From contig CM052817.1 in NCBI GenBank assembly GCA_028534125.1, positions 97,838,001 to 97,902,000 on the forward strand: a stretch of DNA of 64,000 nt, written 5' to 3'. This document shows positions 23,173 to 35,420 of this stretch, in pieces. Position 1 is the stretch's first letter, and the number at the start of each line of letters is the position of its first letter. The position numbers and the translations under genes are program-made. The DNA comes from Lama glama. Its lineage: Eukaryota. The notes beneath the pieces were generated by a model. That model was given only the letters and a program-made list of their open reading frames with translations, made no database searches and was not told the DNA's origin.

Positions 23173-26159
23173 ACACTTCGGAAGGTTTAGTAAAAAAAAA
23201 AAAAAAGGAGAGAAAATGCTAATAAAATATTGTAAATAAAAGTGAATATAGCAAGGAGTGACAAATTTTTTTAAACATCAAGTATGTGTATACAATTTAT
23301 GTATTAATTTGAAAATTTAATGACATAGACTTTTTTTGAAAAAAGAATTTCCAAAAGTATCTGTGAAGAGTTGAAAACCAAAATATATAAATAACTGAAA
23401 AGAAATGAAAAATCAGTAAAATAATTGTTAACAAAAGTCATTGAGACTAGTTGACTTCATGGAAATATTCTTTCAAACTTTCAAGGAACAAATGATATGC
23501 TTTCCATTTAAGCCCTTTTTGAGGAAAAGACAGTTCAATTTTTTGAAAGTGGCATAATACTTATGGCAAATACAGAACAAAAGAAACCCTCTTCAAAATA
23601 TTAAACACTCAAATGTCCTGTCAGAATTTGAGTTATTCTATACAGAAAGCATTTCATATATTCAGCCAAATGAATGTAATAAACTACAGATAAAACAAAT
23701 CTTAACAGAGTTCTTTAAGATAGGACACCTTAGGATCAATACTATACTAAAATGAGTTATAAGCTTCTGTGATTTATTTTGGCCATGAGACACACTCTTC
23801 CTTATATTTTCTTTACCACACTGTGCACCTAAAAACTCCTCACAATGTTTGGCCTGTTGGTGTTCCAGGCACTGGTGACTGCTTCAGTCCTCAGCTACCA
23901 GACAGATATCAGAGACCAATGTCCCTGATTCATAAACTTATGAAATCCTAAGTAACAGAGATCAAACGGAGGCTGGCAGGGTATTTACAGAATCATTCAT
24001 TATCATCTTATAGATTTAATCCTAAGAATGTAAGGTTGATTTACTACTGTGAAACATACTCATAAACAGTTTCAAAGGTTAGATTTACGAAAATGATCAG
24101 TTAAACTATTGGCAAAATGGACTCTAGTAAAACAAAAGAGAGGAATATGTTCCTTTATGAAATTGGCAACGGTGGGCAAGTGTTGGTTACAAAGCTGGTG
24201 AGATTACTGCGAGGTGGTCTAGCTCAGGTCCTGCTGGTGAGAAGGTCACTTGGCATCAATCTTTCTGGGGGACAATTTGGTGGCACGTGACTTCAATCTG
24301 TAGTCAATTCTTAAAAAATTAAAAATTCTTAGGAGCCTTAGATTCTAAGAGAATTGGTGAGAGAAGGAGGGAAGGAGACAGAGAGAGAAGGAAAGAGAGA
24401 AACTGACAGAGGCAGATGTTTGGTTAATAGTGTCCTTAATTTATAAACTTTGCTGCAGACCCTTAGAACAAGCCATTCTCTGCCCGCCCTTCCTGACTCT
24501 CACCCCGACAGCCAAGAGGCTTTAGTGTTAAGGAAAATGAAATTAACTCTTCAAGTAAAAATCATTACCGACCCCCTAAGTCCGTAGCATGTAAGTGGTT
24601 TATTTGCAATCCTGGGTTAAAATATTACCGAGGTTCTCAGGCCATATCAGGAAGACCATCTCTGGCTCCAGCAGCTGGGCTGCAGTAGCCAGGTTTTCCT
24701 CGAACAGTAATAAGTTGAATTGCTCTATCACCCAGGATCCTGAGAACTGAAAGTGTGGGGACAGGCCAGTTACCAGCTGCTTCCTTGAAAGTCCAGAGGG
24801 ACGACTGAAAGGGACAGCTGTGGTTCTTCAATCAGAACTTTCTTCCTCTGAGATTCTTAATGCGAATGCGGTTTTGGAAATTTAAAAGCGTGTTTTGTTA
24901 TCCTTTGGCTCCCTGCCTCAGAGTGTCAGCCAAAGCTTAATGCAATAATATCCAAGGGTGGGGCTTTGGTTCCCCGCAGTCCTGTAGCTACAGGGTCGTG
25001 CTAATGCATCCCCCGCACAATCACAAAGAACTCATAATGCCAGCCTTGGAGGGGCCTGGGTGTCTTTGACACCTACCTGTTAACCTTCAAGTTCAGCAAG
25101 GATGCAGCTCGAAGACACAGCTGCTCTGAGCGAAATCCCTCCTACTCACGAAGACTTCACTCTGATTAGGTTTGAATAAAACATTATGTGGAATCTCACA
25201 TTATATACTCACACATGCTTATTTTAAATATCTGGGTTTTGTGGGATATGCTATTTTGAAAAGTTTCTCTATGGTTTACCAGTTCCATGTTTTACTTTAC
25301 TTTTTACAAATTTCTGAGAGTAACAGCAATGAGATTATTGAGAATTTTTCATTTGTGTGGAACATATTGAGAATGTGGATAAATGTATAAGTACAAAATA
25401 TCCTGTGAGCTTGTGTTTGTGTCCACATATATACGTGTTTTAACTGTGTACTTATTTCCATGGCAACAACTGGAGATGAACAGAGCAATTAACACAATTT
25501 TACAAATTATTTTAACCAATTCTTTGCCATTTTGAAATTTACCAGGATATGTATTTACTTAGATTGTTCCTCCTTCTATCATACTTTTAGGACTTGATAC
25601 TTACAGCAAAGGATACTCAATTAAATACTTAGAAGCATTCCAAAGCAACTTCGTCACTGCTATAGCAATTTTATGATTAATTTTCCAATTAGCCCTTATT
25701 TAAAGGCCTAGAGCAAATTATTTTTTGTTCGTTTTGTTTGGTGAGAAAGAGTGAGTGATGGAAAGACTTCTACTGCAAAGACTTTATTAATAAAATATTC
25801 TGAAGTGCACGATTTAAAGAAGGAAAGTTTGTGCTGCTGGTGCAGTTTAATAATGTCATTTACACGAAGCTCAGTGGAATGGCAGCAGCAGAATAATGGC
25901 ACACACTAGAAAGTCATTAAGCTAAATATTAAAAATGTTGCCTTATACTTTTAGGCATTTAATAATTTATAGTGTGTAACTGATAATCTGAATGAGAAGC
26001 AGGGCATGGAGGCAAAATACCTCTGGCCAATGAAAAAGTAGGATCTGACTGATGCTAACATAAGTCCTATAATATAGTCATGGTTCAGTGAAGCGAATAA
26101 TGTCAAAGAAGTAAAAAAAAAAAAAAAAAGTAAGTTCCTTGCTGAAGGGTCACCAAAAA

Positions 26160-26280
26160 CTCACTTGGGCCAGTTACTTATCCTCTCAGTTCCTCAATTT
26201 TATAATCTGTAAAATGGGCTGCTTTGGACAACAGAATGAGAAGAGAAATGCAGAGGCACTTTGAAAGCTTGCTACAATAG
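26160..26280 (+). mobile_element. MIR fragment
   Basis: 'cttgggccagttacttta...cctcaattttataatctgtaaaatggg'. Confidence 0.7.
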
Positions 26281-26465
26281 TAGTAGGAAAAACAAAGGTA
26301 GTGCAGTGGACCATGGCCAGGTTAGCCACATCTCTTTGTTGTTAATGCTTATGATGGTAAAGTTGTGGGACAGATTAAGAAAAAAAGTGCATTTTAAAAA
26401 AGCTCTTAGAGGAGTATGCTTTGCTGATCTCTGCATATCTGTTACATTTTTCTTTCTTACTTGAC

Positions 26466-26770
26466 TTTTTTTTATAAAATTTTTTATTGATTTATAATCA
26501 TTTTACAATGTTGTGTCAAATTCCAGTGTAGAGCACAATTTTTCAATTATACATGAACATATATATATTCATTGTCACATTCCTTTCTCTGTGAGCTACC
26601 ATAAGATCTTGTATATATTTCCCTGTGCTATACAGTATAATCTTGTTTATCTATTCTACAATTTTGAAATCCCAGTCTATCTCTTCCCACCCCCCCACCC
26701 CCTTGGGAACCACAAGTCTGTATTCTATGTCTATGAGTCTATTTCTGTTCTGTATTTATGCTTTTTTTTA
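26466..26770 (-). mobile_element. Lineage-specific L1 3' end, antisense
   Basis: Poly-T, then 'tttattgatttataatcattttacaatgttgtgtcaaattccagtgtagagcacaa...'; same family as 7295-7496. Confidence 0.9.
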
Positions 26771-28211
26771 TCCTTACCAAAAACTTACATTTCTTCATCA
26801 TTTTATCATGTGTATGTCTCATTATAGCTATCTCAGATTCAATTCTTGCTCATATCTCACTCCCTTTCTTAATGTTCTTAGTTCAAATTTCTGAGAAAGG
26901 AAACTCACTGGACCAGTTTATTTTTCGATGCCAAGCCAGGGATCATATGTCGCTAGCCAGCAGGAAGACTGGCTGTTATTGAGTTAGTGCCAACCCTGGT
27001 TTAACCAGCTCTGGTCAATGAGGAGGTGGTCAAAGATTTATATGATAGAAAACATTGCTGACTAGGGAGCAAGAAACCCGATGCATGGAAATTTCATTAA
27101 TAGGGGCCTGAAGACAAGTATATGCTGATGGAAATCTTACGTTCATCTTGACATTCTGAACAACTTCCAGCTCCCTAAAAGTGACTTGATCTTTTCTCTG
27201 TGTCTTTTAGATGTTGATTTTTTTCTGCTCCATTTCTGTAATGGATCTTGAACTTTGCTCAATAAATAAGTTTACTCCCTTGTTTTGAACCTCCAGTGTC
27301 CCCTTCAGTATGGAACTGTGTTTTGGCTTCTGCCCATGCATGCATTCAGTGAGCTGTGCTCACTATGCGTTGGGGAAATAGAATCTTGACAAGTGGGATG
27401 GAGAAAACTAACATGAAGAAAATGTGAATACTTTCTTTGATTGAGTAAAAACTGTCTCAGCAACATCGTGCTCTGCTGCACCTATTTCTTCTACTTTTTG
27501 ATTTTGCAGTGCGCAGAAACGATCCAACTCTTTGAAAGGTAGACAGAGGGCATATCTTTCATTAGTATGCGAAGTGTGGGAAAGGTGAATAGGCTGAGAA
27601 AGAGAGGAGACAAAAATCTTCTAACAAATAAGCTGCTCGGGGAAATTTGGTTGGAACAAGCTTGATACTGGAGAACAAGCCACCGAGAGGTGATTTGGAT
27701 TGTCTCAAGAGGCAGAACGAGTGAAGAAGCCCTTGCACTTGACCTTGGAGTTTGTTTTTTTCTTTCAAAAGTATATCCAAAATATTTTCTGCTACAATAG
27801 TTAATATGGTTTAAGTTTTTTTTTAAATAATATATTAATTTTGGAACTAAAAGGAGATAAAGTGTACTTTCTCTGTGTCAAGCAAATTAACCAGGTGTTG
27901 AAGGCCTTCCAGCTCAGGTCATGTGATTGACACTCTGCTGCCACCTTTTGGAAGCTCACCTATCTTGTAGGTCCCTCTTTTTGAGTCATTATTAAATTCA
28001 ACTCATAACCTGTAAAATTAAAGATAGTAATAATAGTAATGTGAAAAGGGGTATTGGCAATAATGAATATGATCATGATAAGAGCTAAGAAGTCCTTTAC
28101 TTCTGAATAAAAAGAAAAAATAAAAATAAAAAAATTAGCTGTAATGTCTGAGAGGGCTGAATTAAACCCCAATTTTAGGATCCACCCTTGATGTGATCTC
28201 AGAAAACTTTC

Positions 28212-28335
28212 TGCATTCATTTATTCATTCATCCACCAAATACAGAATGAGTATATATAATGAGTGTTCATCATGTGCTCACAACTGTGCTAGATACAAA
28301 AGATGATGATGGCAAAACAGTAGACCCACATTCCC
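28212..28335 (-). mobile_element. L2 3' end, antisense
   Basis: 'attcatttattcattcatccaccaaata...tgtgctagatacaaaagatg'. Confidence 0.7.
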
Positions 28336-29299
28336 CAGAAGTCTAATCCAGAGACTGCTGCCAACTTGTATTTTAAATATGAGTAAAGTTTTATTACTTA
28401 TTTTTTTTCAGGTTGTGAGATACACAACTTAAAAGTTTAACTCTTTTCCCCACATTTGAAGGGTTATTATAAAAATGAGGTCCTTTATAAAGTGCCTAGT
28501 ATAAGTGCTTTACACACTGTAAATTTCATAATAGGTGGTATGTATCATTTCCAGTGTCTTCCAGAATGTTTAGTATGGGATTATAGTGGTACTGATAATA
28601 AATAAATTGATATTAAGAATATAATTAAGTGAAATTTTTAAGTTCCTTAAGTCAGAGAGATAAGCATAGTAGGTTGTGAGATACAATTTATGTTGTATAT
28701 AAGAAGAGTACTTTTTCCCCTACTGATCATATAGGCCATAAATTCTTTTTTGGAAGCCACTGGAAAATAAACTATAAATACATAATATTAATTGTTCTAG
28801 AAAGACTTTTTATGAAAACAGGCTTTTAGGAGCCATTTAAGTAAAGAGAGGGAGAAAAGTAGATGAGTTTACATAGGGAGGATGTTCTGAGTTTAGAGTG
28901 CAGCTTGGGAGAAGGTTTGGCCGTGGGTGGAAGTGAAATGCAAATAGGAAGAAGGCTGTTTGCACATGTGCTCATGGAAGCAGAGTGAAGCTCCACAGAG
29001 GAGTAAAGGGATCTAAGGGGGAGGAAGGATAAAGGAGCAGTGATTAAATAGTCATCTGAATCCAAAGTCTAATAGATAACTCCAAAATGAAATAGTGTGC
29101 TCCGTTGTTAAAATGATGGGCACCGTGGAGGGAAAGGGATTTCTGAAGTCAAGCAGTACCTTGGTGGATTGTGAGAGAGGTTTACTTCCCACAGATTGAA
29201 CAGAAGATAAAAATGGGATATTGCACATGGTTGGAGAGTACCAGTTCCTGGGAATATTGCCTGGGATTACAGCAATTTACTTGCTTACTTGCTTTGTTT

Positions 29300-29603
29300 T
29301 GTCTTGTTTTAATTGGGATAAAACGTGTATAACTTAAAATTTTTAAGTGTACATTTCAGTACTGTTAGATATATTCACATTGTTGTGAAGCAGATCTCCA
29401 GAACTCTTGCATCTTGCAGAATGGGCAAGCTCTACACCCATTAAACAACAACCACCCCTTTCACCCTTGCCCCATCGCCCTGGCCACCCGCTTTGTTTCC
29501 ATGAGTTTGACTACTATTGGTACCTCTTATAAGTGAAACCATACACTAATTGTCCTTTTTGGAGACTAGCTTATTTCACTCAATGTAGTGGTTTCAAGGT
29601 TTA
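29300..29603 (-). mobile_element. LINE-1 3' end (L1MB-like), antisense
   Basis: 'tttaagtgtacatttcagtactgttagatatattcacattgttgtgaagcagatctccagaact...tgagtttgactact'. Confidence 0.85.
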
Positions 29604-30639
29604 CTTGACTCTTCTAAACCCTTGGGAGAAGTATAACTAATCAGAGAAGATACTTTGGTGATGGCAATGAGTAAAAATGTTCTTCCTGGAAAACTGAAGG
29701 GACCAGATCTCAACCAGGGCTGTAGGAATGTGGTGGGGGGCAGAGGGAAGGATAAAGGGAAGGGATGGGTAACAAGCTTAGACAGAGAACAGAGAACAGG
29801 TTATGTGGATAAAGCCTGGGAAGCAAATAGAGCATGAAAATATAACCAGAGGCCACCAGACAAAGGAAATGGGAAATGGGAACCTTTTATAGTGTGACCC
29901 AGACTGAACACTGAGTCTATGGAGTGTACAGGAACTACCCTTGGGCCAGTCTAGTTTGGACTTTGACATTGGACAGGGAATCTGGAGAGCATATCTTTAA
30001 TATCGGCCGTGTAAAAAACAACCCAAGCTTTTACCAGGGTGAAGACTAACATCTAGTAAGTCCTAAAGAGGAGTCCAAAGAAGAGTGGACCAGATGATGT
30101 GGGAAATAAATCCATGTTGGGAGATATTAGAAAAGGTCAATTACTTTTAGAGATATCTGAGAATCACTGTCTGCTTCTTGAAGCCTTTCATCTTTCCCTG
30201 TCTATGTCATCTTCCATTCAAATATAGACTGTGAAGAATTGGCATAAAAATGTGGCCATGTTTTCCAAGATGATCTCAATTAGTGTGTGCTTATGGGAAA
30301 ATCTAAGATTATTCTGCAGTATGTGAAACTGTAGCTGGACAGACACTGGACAGATTTTGTAAGTATATCATGGAGCTCTCATGAGCTGTTATTACTTGAA
30401 GTATATAAGTAAATGTTTCTGAGGCAAACATAGTTCTTCAAGGTTGTTTCTGAATTTCCTAATGTCTTAAGCTTTGAGTAGATTAGATGAACACTTGTAT
30501 TTTTTATTCATTTACTTTATTTTATGTTATTTTTTAAGATTTGTTATCTCAAGTTGTGGTATATTTCTGTATTTCTTTTTTAGGAAAAAATTTTAAAATT
30601 TAATTAAGTGAAAGAGTTTTAAATTTCTATGGTGTTAAT

Positions 30640-31185
30640 ACATTTATTCTTAAATCCATTTTACAAATCTCTATGAAGTGCCTGCTATGTGCCACATGCT
30701 ATTCTAGGGGTTGGGAATATAGAGAAAAATAAAGTGTTGCCCTACTGGAGTTGATATTTCCACTGTTGGTGGAAAAGGAGTAGAAAATAAGATGAAATAA
30801 ATTATTGAACATACAACAAGGTGATGTTAAGTCATGGTACATGTGATACAGAAAATTTTAAAAAGATGATGTAATTAAAAAGTCAGAAGGTGGTGTGAGA
30901 TTTGAGTGGTGGTAACGTTTGAGCTGAGACCCAAAAGACAAGAAAGAGGCCAGCTGGCAGTAGGGAGTGGAGGGTGGCTGATGGAGAAACAAAGGCAAAG
31001 CCCTAAAGCAGGAATGAGTTTGATGAGGTCTCTGAAATAGAAAGAGGGTGAGAGGGGCTAGAGTGTGGTACAGGAGGGAAGAGTGGAGGGAGTTACAGTT
31101 GCAGAGAAAGACCTCATTGATCAAAACATGGCACAGAATTTGGACTTTATTCTGAGTGTAGTGGAACACCATTGCTGAAGAGCAA
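30640..31185 (-). mobile_element. L2 (L2a-like), antisense
   Basis: 'gtgcctgctatgtgccacatgctattctagggg', 'tttgagctgagaccc', 'caaaggcaaagccctaaagcaggaatgagtttg', 'ttggactttattctgagtg'. Confidence 0.85.
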
Positions 31186-31197
31186 CTTTTTTATAAA

Positions 31198-31345
31198 GAC
31201 CAAAATATCTACTCTATTACTGTGAGAAGGGATAGAGAATGTGACCAAAAAATCACTTTACTACTGATAAAGTTGATATTTGTTGGAATGTGACTAAAAT
31301 ATCTACTTTATTATTAGTAAAACAAGTATTGAAGAATATGGGTTA
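31198..31345. repeat. Degenerate 3-unit minisatellite, about 45-49 bp period
   Basis: Units start at 31198, 31243 and 31292 with a core resembling gacYaaaatatctactYtattactg. Confidence 0.7.
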
Positions 31346-31539
31346 TATCTGTGGACAAGTGGGGGACCTTCCTCTCTAAGACAGGGAGGAAGAAAGCAAA
31401 AAGAACATGCTGGAAGCTTATCTATTCCAAAGAGTTCACTGGAGGAATTTTTAACTAGGAAGTGGCACTATACACTTTCAGAAATGCAGGAAAAGTGCCT
31501 ACAATTTGATATTCCACCATTAGAGATATATTTCTTTGC

Positions 31540-31670
31540 TTCCTTCCTTGGTTTACTGAGAATCTATTACCCATCCATCACTGTGCTGGCTGCTGGTGAT
31601 CCAGACAAGAGTTCCAGCCCTCAGAGATCTTCTAATTTCATGGTAGAGATGACAAATTAACTAGTTCTGG
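31540..31670 (-). mobile_element. L2 3' fragment, antisense
   Basis: 'tttactgagaatctatta...cactgtgctggctgctggtgat...ttccagccctcagagatctt'. Confidence 0.55.
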
Positions 31671-32288
31671 TGAAGGTAGAGTTTTTTTGAGGGAGAAGAA
31701 AATTCATCTTTAGGAAAACTCTAGAATGGGCTGTTTTTAATTGTAAAACATAAGGTCTCTTAGGGGTAGTATGATGGGAGAGATTTGGACAGAAAAGCAA
31801 AAGTGATCTGGATAATAAAATATCAGGAATTTGGGGTTTTCATATTGGTCCCCAGGACTTGGAATAAAGTAGGGGGAGGATGACAAAGGATTTTGGTGGA
31901 AGAGGGATCCAATATGGCGGCAGGCAGGCCACTGGGTTCAGTTTTGAGGAACTGAGATATAAAGTTATTTCCTGCCCTGGGCTATAATTATCCCTTATTA
32001 TTCATGACATTATTTTGAAAAATCTGTTACGTATAACAGCCTTATATTCCTAGTAAATTAAAGGAACACATGGGAAATGTCTGTTCTGGGGGAAGAAATG
32101 CTGGAAAGAATAGAGGTAGTAGCTCTCAGAGGCAGCAGTGGGAAAGGGAGTGGGAAATCAGAGGGAGTGATGGCAAGGACAGAAGCCACTCAGAAATGCA
32201 AGCAAATAGGGGAGACTTCTGAGGACTTTCCTCCTGAGCCCTCTTATTTAGGTATTAAAGGAAAAAGTGATGCTCCAGAGGGACTGAG

Positions 32289-32760
32289 TGTTACTGAGTC
32301 CAAACTCATTCTGCTCACCACATGACATGCCAATAAATCAGGAGACAAGGTATTGGGGCAAAGAATAACGACTTTATTCTGAAAGCCAGCAGACCGAGAA
32401 GATGGCAGACTAATGCCCTGGAGAACCATCTTACCCAAGTCAGAATTCAGGCTTCTTTTATACCAGAAAGGGTGGGAGGGTGGTTGGTTGTTGCAAACTT
32501 CTTGGTGTCAGAATTCTTTGTTCTTACAGCTGTCTACATAGGTCAGGTCATGGTGTCCCTGTAAACCTCCAGCAAGACAAATGTTATTCTCTGCTTTGCA
32601 ATATTTTATCTATATATGGATAAAAAAGCATTACAACCTTAAAGATCAGAGCCTAGAGAATGGGCTCTCCTGTATATTTCAGGCTCTAGGCAACATTCTT
32701 TTATAAAAGGTGCAGAACCAGCATGACTCAGCACAGGAAACAGAGCACAGGGTTAGAGCG
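32289..32760 (-). mobile_element. ERV1-class LTR (MER41-like laurasiatherian family), antisense, 5' end missing
   Basis: Starts tgttactgagtccaaactc; has an antisense polyA signal (tttatt, about 32373) and TATA (tttata, about 32457). Aligns by eye to 39727-40058. Confidence 0.8.
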
Positions 32761-33064
32761 AATTTATAATATTATATTAGTTTCAGATGTACAACATAGT
32801 GGTTCAGTATTTTTATAGATTATACACCCTTTAAAATTATTACAAAGTAATAGTTATATTCCCTGTGCTGTACAAAGATCCTTGTTGCTTATTTATTTTA
32901 TACATAGATGTTTGTATCTCTTAACCCCGACCCCTCTCTTGCCCCTTCTTCCCTTTCCCCACTGGTAACCACAAGTTTGTTCTCCATATTTGTGAGTCTG
33001 TTTCTGCTCTGTTATATTCACTCATTTGTTGTACTTTTTAGATTCCACATAGAAGTGATAACAT
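32761..33064 (-). mobile_element. LINE-1 3' UTR fragment, antisense, lacking poly-A end
   Basis: 'atattatattagtttcagatgtacaacatagtg...tttagattccacatagaagtgataacat'. Confidence 0.85.
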
Positions 33065-34029
33065 CTTTTAAGCTGTGCTTAGGCAAGGATGGCTTCAGGC
33101 AGATTAAGAGTTGGTTAGGAAGTGAGTGCAGGCTTCTTTGAAAGCTCTTCCCACCTCTCTGCCCCCCTGTTGTAACTTCTGACCATCACAGACTCCCAGA
33201 CTCGCAGGCCATGCCCTGGGACTTGGGTGCTCTCCTGTCGCTGGGCCATCACACAACATAGTCTGGTCTTCCTGTTCCAACCTTCTTTTCCTCATCACAG
33301 ATCCCTGGTCAGTCTCAAGACCTTGTTCTCTGCTAAAGAAGAGCTGGTGAAGCATATACTCCTTCTGAGGATCATCTTCTCTCCAGGGCCCTGGGGAGGT
33401 GAGCTTCAATTACTCTGAACCTTCCCTGGGCCACAGTCTTTGCTCTTTGTCTAGCACGTGGCGCCTTGCCTGGGACGCAGTATGAGAACAGCACAAAGAT
33501 CTAATGAGTCATTGCAACCGATTCTATCCTGTTCCAATTGAAATGAAAGTCCAGACAGATCATTAAGCTTATCTGTGCTTGCTTGCTGAGTGGCCCAGCG
33601 AGGATTGAAAGGGAGGGGGTCAGACTCCAAAGCTCAGGCTTGTCATTCTGTGATGCTGGGCCACTTGCAGAGACATAAGTTACATGGACTTCAACAAAGA
33701 AACTAGCAGTGTGTGTATTTCCACGTTCTTGTGGAATGATGGAGAAATACGATGTGGTTCTAGGATAATTAAATGGATACTTGACTTGTTGAACGACCAT
33801 ATATAAATGCACTGACAGATGAGCTGATGTGGGCTTGGAGTAAGACGCTTCGTGTCCAACCCACTGTTAAGCCCTCAATCACGCCCTCCACAGCAATTCT
33901 GTTTATGACAGGAATGAAGATGTGTCAGTATTATGTATTTAATTTGTAGTCACGTGAACACCAGAAGGATAGCAAAAATGACAGACTCATAATTTAAAGT
34001 GATCTTCACCCACTAAAATACTGGGCTGA

Positions 34030-34500
34030 GTTTTCTCCAACTTATTAATAAGAAAAATTCCATACATTAAAAATGGTTGAAAGAATACTGTAATGAATGC
34101 TCAGCTAAGGAGTACTTAGTTTGAACAACATTAGTATTTTATCGGTTTTCTTTACCTGGTTTTCTAAATATTTATTCTTTTAGCAATTTGAAAGCAAGCT
34201 GCAGACTTCATAAAATTTGACTGCTGAATACTTCCTTATCTCCTAAAAATATTCTCCTGTCACTCAAATTCTAACCATCACATCTAAGAAAATTAATAGC
34301 AATTCCGTAAGTTTGTGATATCCAGTCCATACTCAAATTTCTTTAATTTTTTATGGTGGTAAAATATTTATAATACAAATACTACTAACTACCCTTTTGC
34401 TAATTTTAAGTGTACAGTTCAGTGGCATTAAGTACATTCACATTGTCATGCAACCATCACCACCATCCTTCTCTAGAACATTTTCTTCATCATTCTCAAT
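34030..34500 (-). mobile_element. Two adjacent antisense L1 3' fragments (L1MC-like 34030-34345; L1MB-like 34345-34500)
   Basis: 'tttgaaagcaagctgcagac...atatccagtccatactcaaatttc' and 'ttttaagtgtacagttcagtggcattaagtacattcacattg'. Confidence 0.7.
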
Positions 34501-34704
34501 TCTTGATCCACTGAATTTGATATGAAAGCAGAGCCTATAATCTGACACATGGATCTAAAATTCAACTTCATAAGCACATGGCTGAGGAGGTAGCAACTTA
34601 CCTGTGACACGAATAAAAAAAATTGAATTTTAGTCAACAATAAGTTCAATAAGTTTGTGAGTGCCATAGTCCTGGACTCAGGGAAGACTGAAGTCTGCCG
34701 TTTT

Positions 34705-35175
34705 CTCCCCTGCTCAGACCCTCCTGGGAGCATCATGTCCAGTTCTGGGCTCCACACCATTTGGTAGTCAGAAAACTCTTGTCAGGAAGATGAAGGGATT
34801 TAAAACAGGCAGTCTCTGAGAAAGAGAGGAAGAAACTGGACATTTGACGCTTGTGGAAAAAAACAAACAAAAACTGTTAACACCTTAACTAAGAGATGTC
34901 ATTTCAACTTGCTTGGAATATTTAAAGAACTCCTGTTTGGAAGGTGTGTTTGTTTTTTCTAAGGGGTAGTTCTCAGGCTATTAAGAGGAAAGTGCTGTGG
35001 GGAAGGCTTCAATTCAGGCGAATAATTTAATCATAATGATGGGAGTTGATTGAAGGTGTGGCCTTAGGAAGTAGCTGGTTCCTTGTCACAAGCGGCATCC
35101 ACTGTAACACTTGGCAGAGGAACTCTAAGCACTGAGTGGCTTTTTAGACTAGAGGACTTTAGGGTCTCTTCTGTA
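34705..35175 (+). mobile_element. L3/CR1 LINE 3' fragment
   Basis: 'tcagaccctcctgggagcatcatgtccagttctgggctccacac' (CR1 RT end), 'gccttaggaagtagctggttccttgtcac' and 'gactagaggactttagggtctctt'. Confidence 0.7.
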
Positions 35176-35179
35176 TGAT

Positions 35180-35420
35180 GTTTCGTTTAGGATTCTTTGG
35201 GCTGCAAGAAATAAACCCAGACTACTACCTTCTCTTGAACTGTTGCATGTGACCAGTGGCAGGACTGAACACTGAAACTCAAGTAGGACAGAGCACACAC
35301 GCTCTCTCCCCTCCCTCTCCCCCGCCCCCTCTCCAACTTGTTGTGTTCTCTTTCTCACTCTGCCCACCCCACCTTGGCCTCAATTTTTCTCATTGATTTG
35401 GCAGCAGCCTGGTTAGAAAA
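35180..35420 (-). mobile_element. Old MaLR LTR fragment (MLT1J/K-like), antisense
   Basis: 'ttaggattctttgggctgcaagaaataaacccagact' resembles the reverse-complement MLT1J/K terminus. Confidence 0.45.

Larger units (their letters stand above)
19340..23580 (+). mobile_element. Ancient L1 ORF2 remnant (L1ME-like), fragmented by younger insertions
   Basis: Colinear degraded ORF2 pieces at about 19340-19470, 20915-21710 (endonuclease region) and 23207-23580 ('gacttcatggaaatattctttcaaactttcaaggaac', the GFTGEFYQTFKE-like region). Confidence 0.55.

Noticed and set aside
27935..27952. CTCF-like motif (ctgccaccttttgg)
   Set aside because: Mismatches in the core and no independent support; such partial matches are frequent.
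31198..31345. CRISPR-like repeat-spacer array
   Set aside because: Only three degenerate units with partly related linkers, in a mammalian context with no cas genes.
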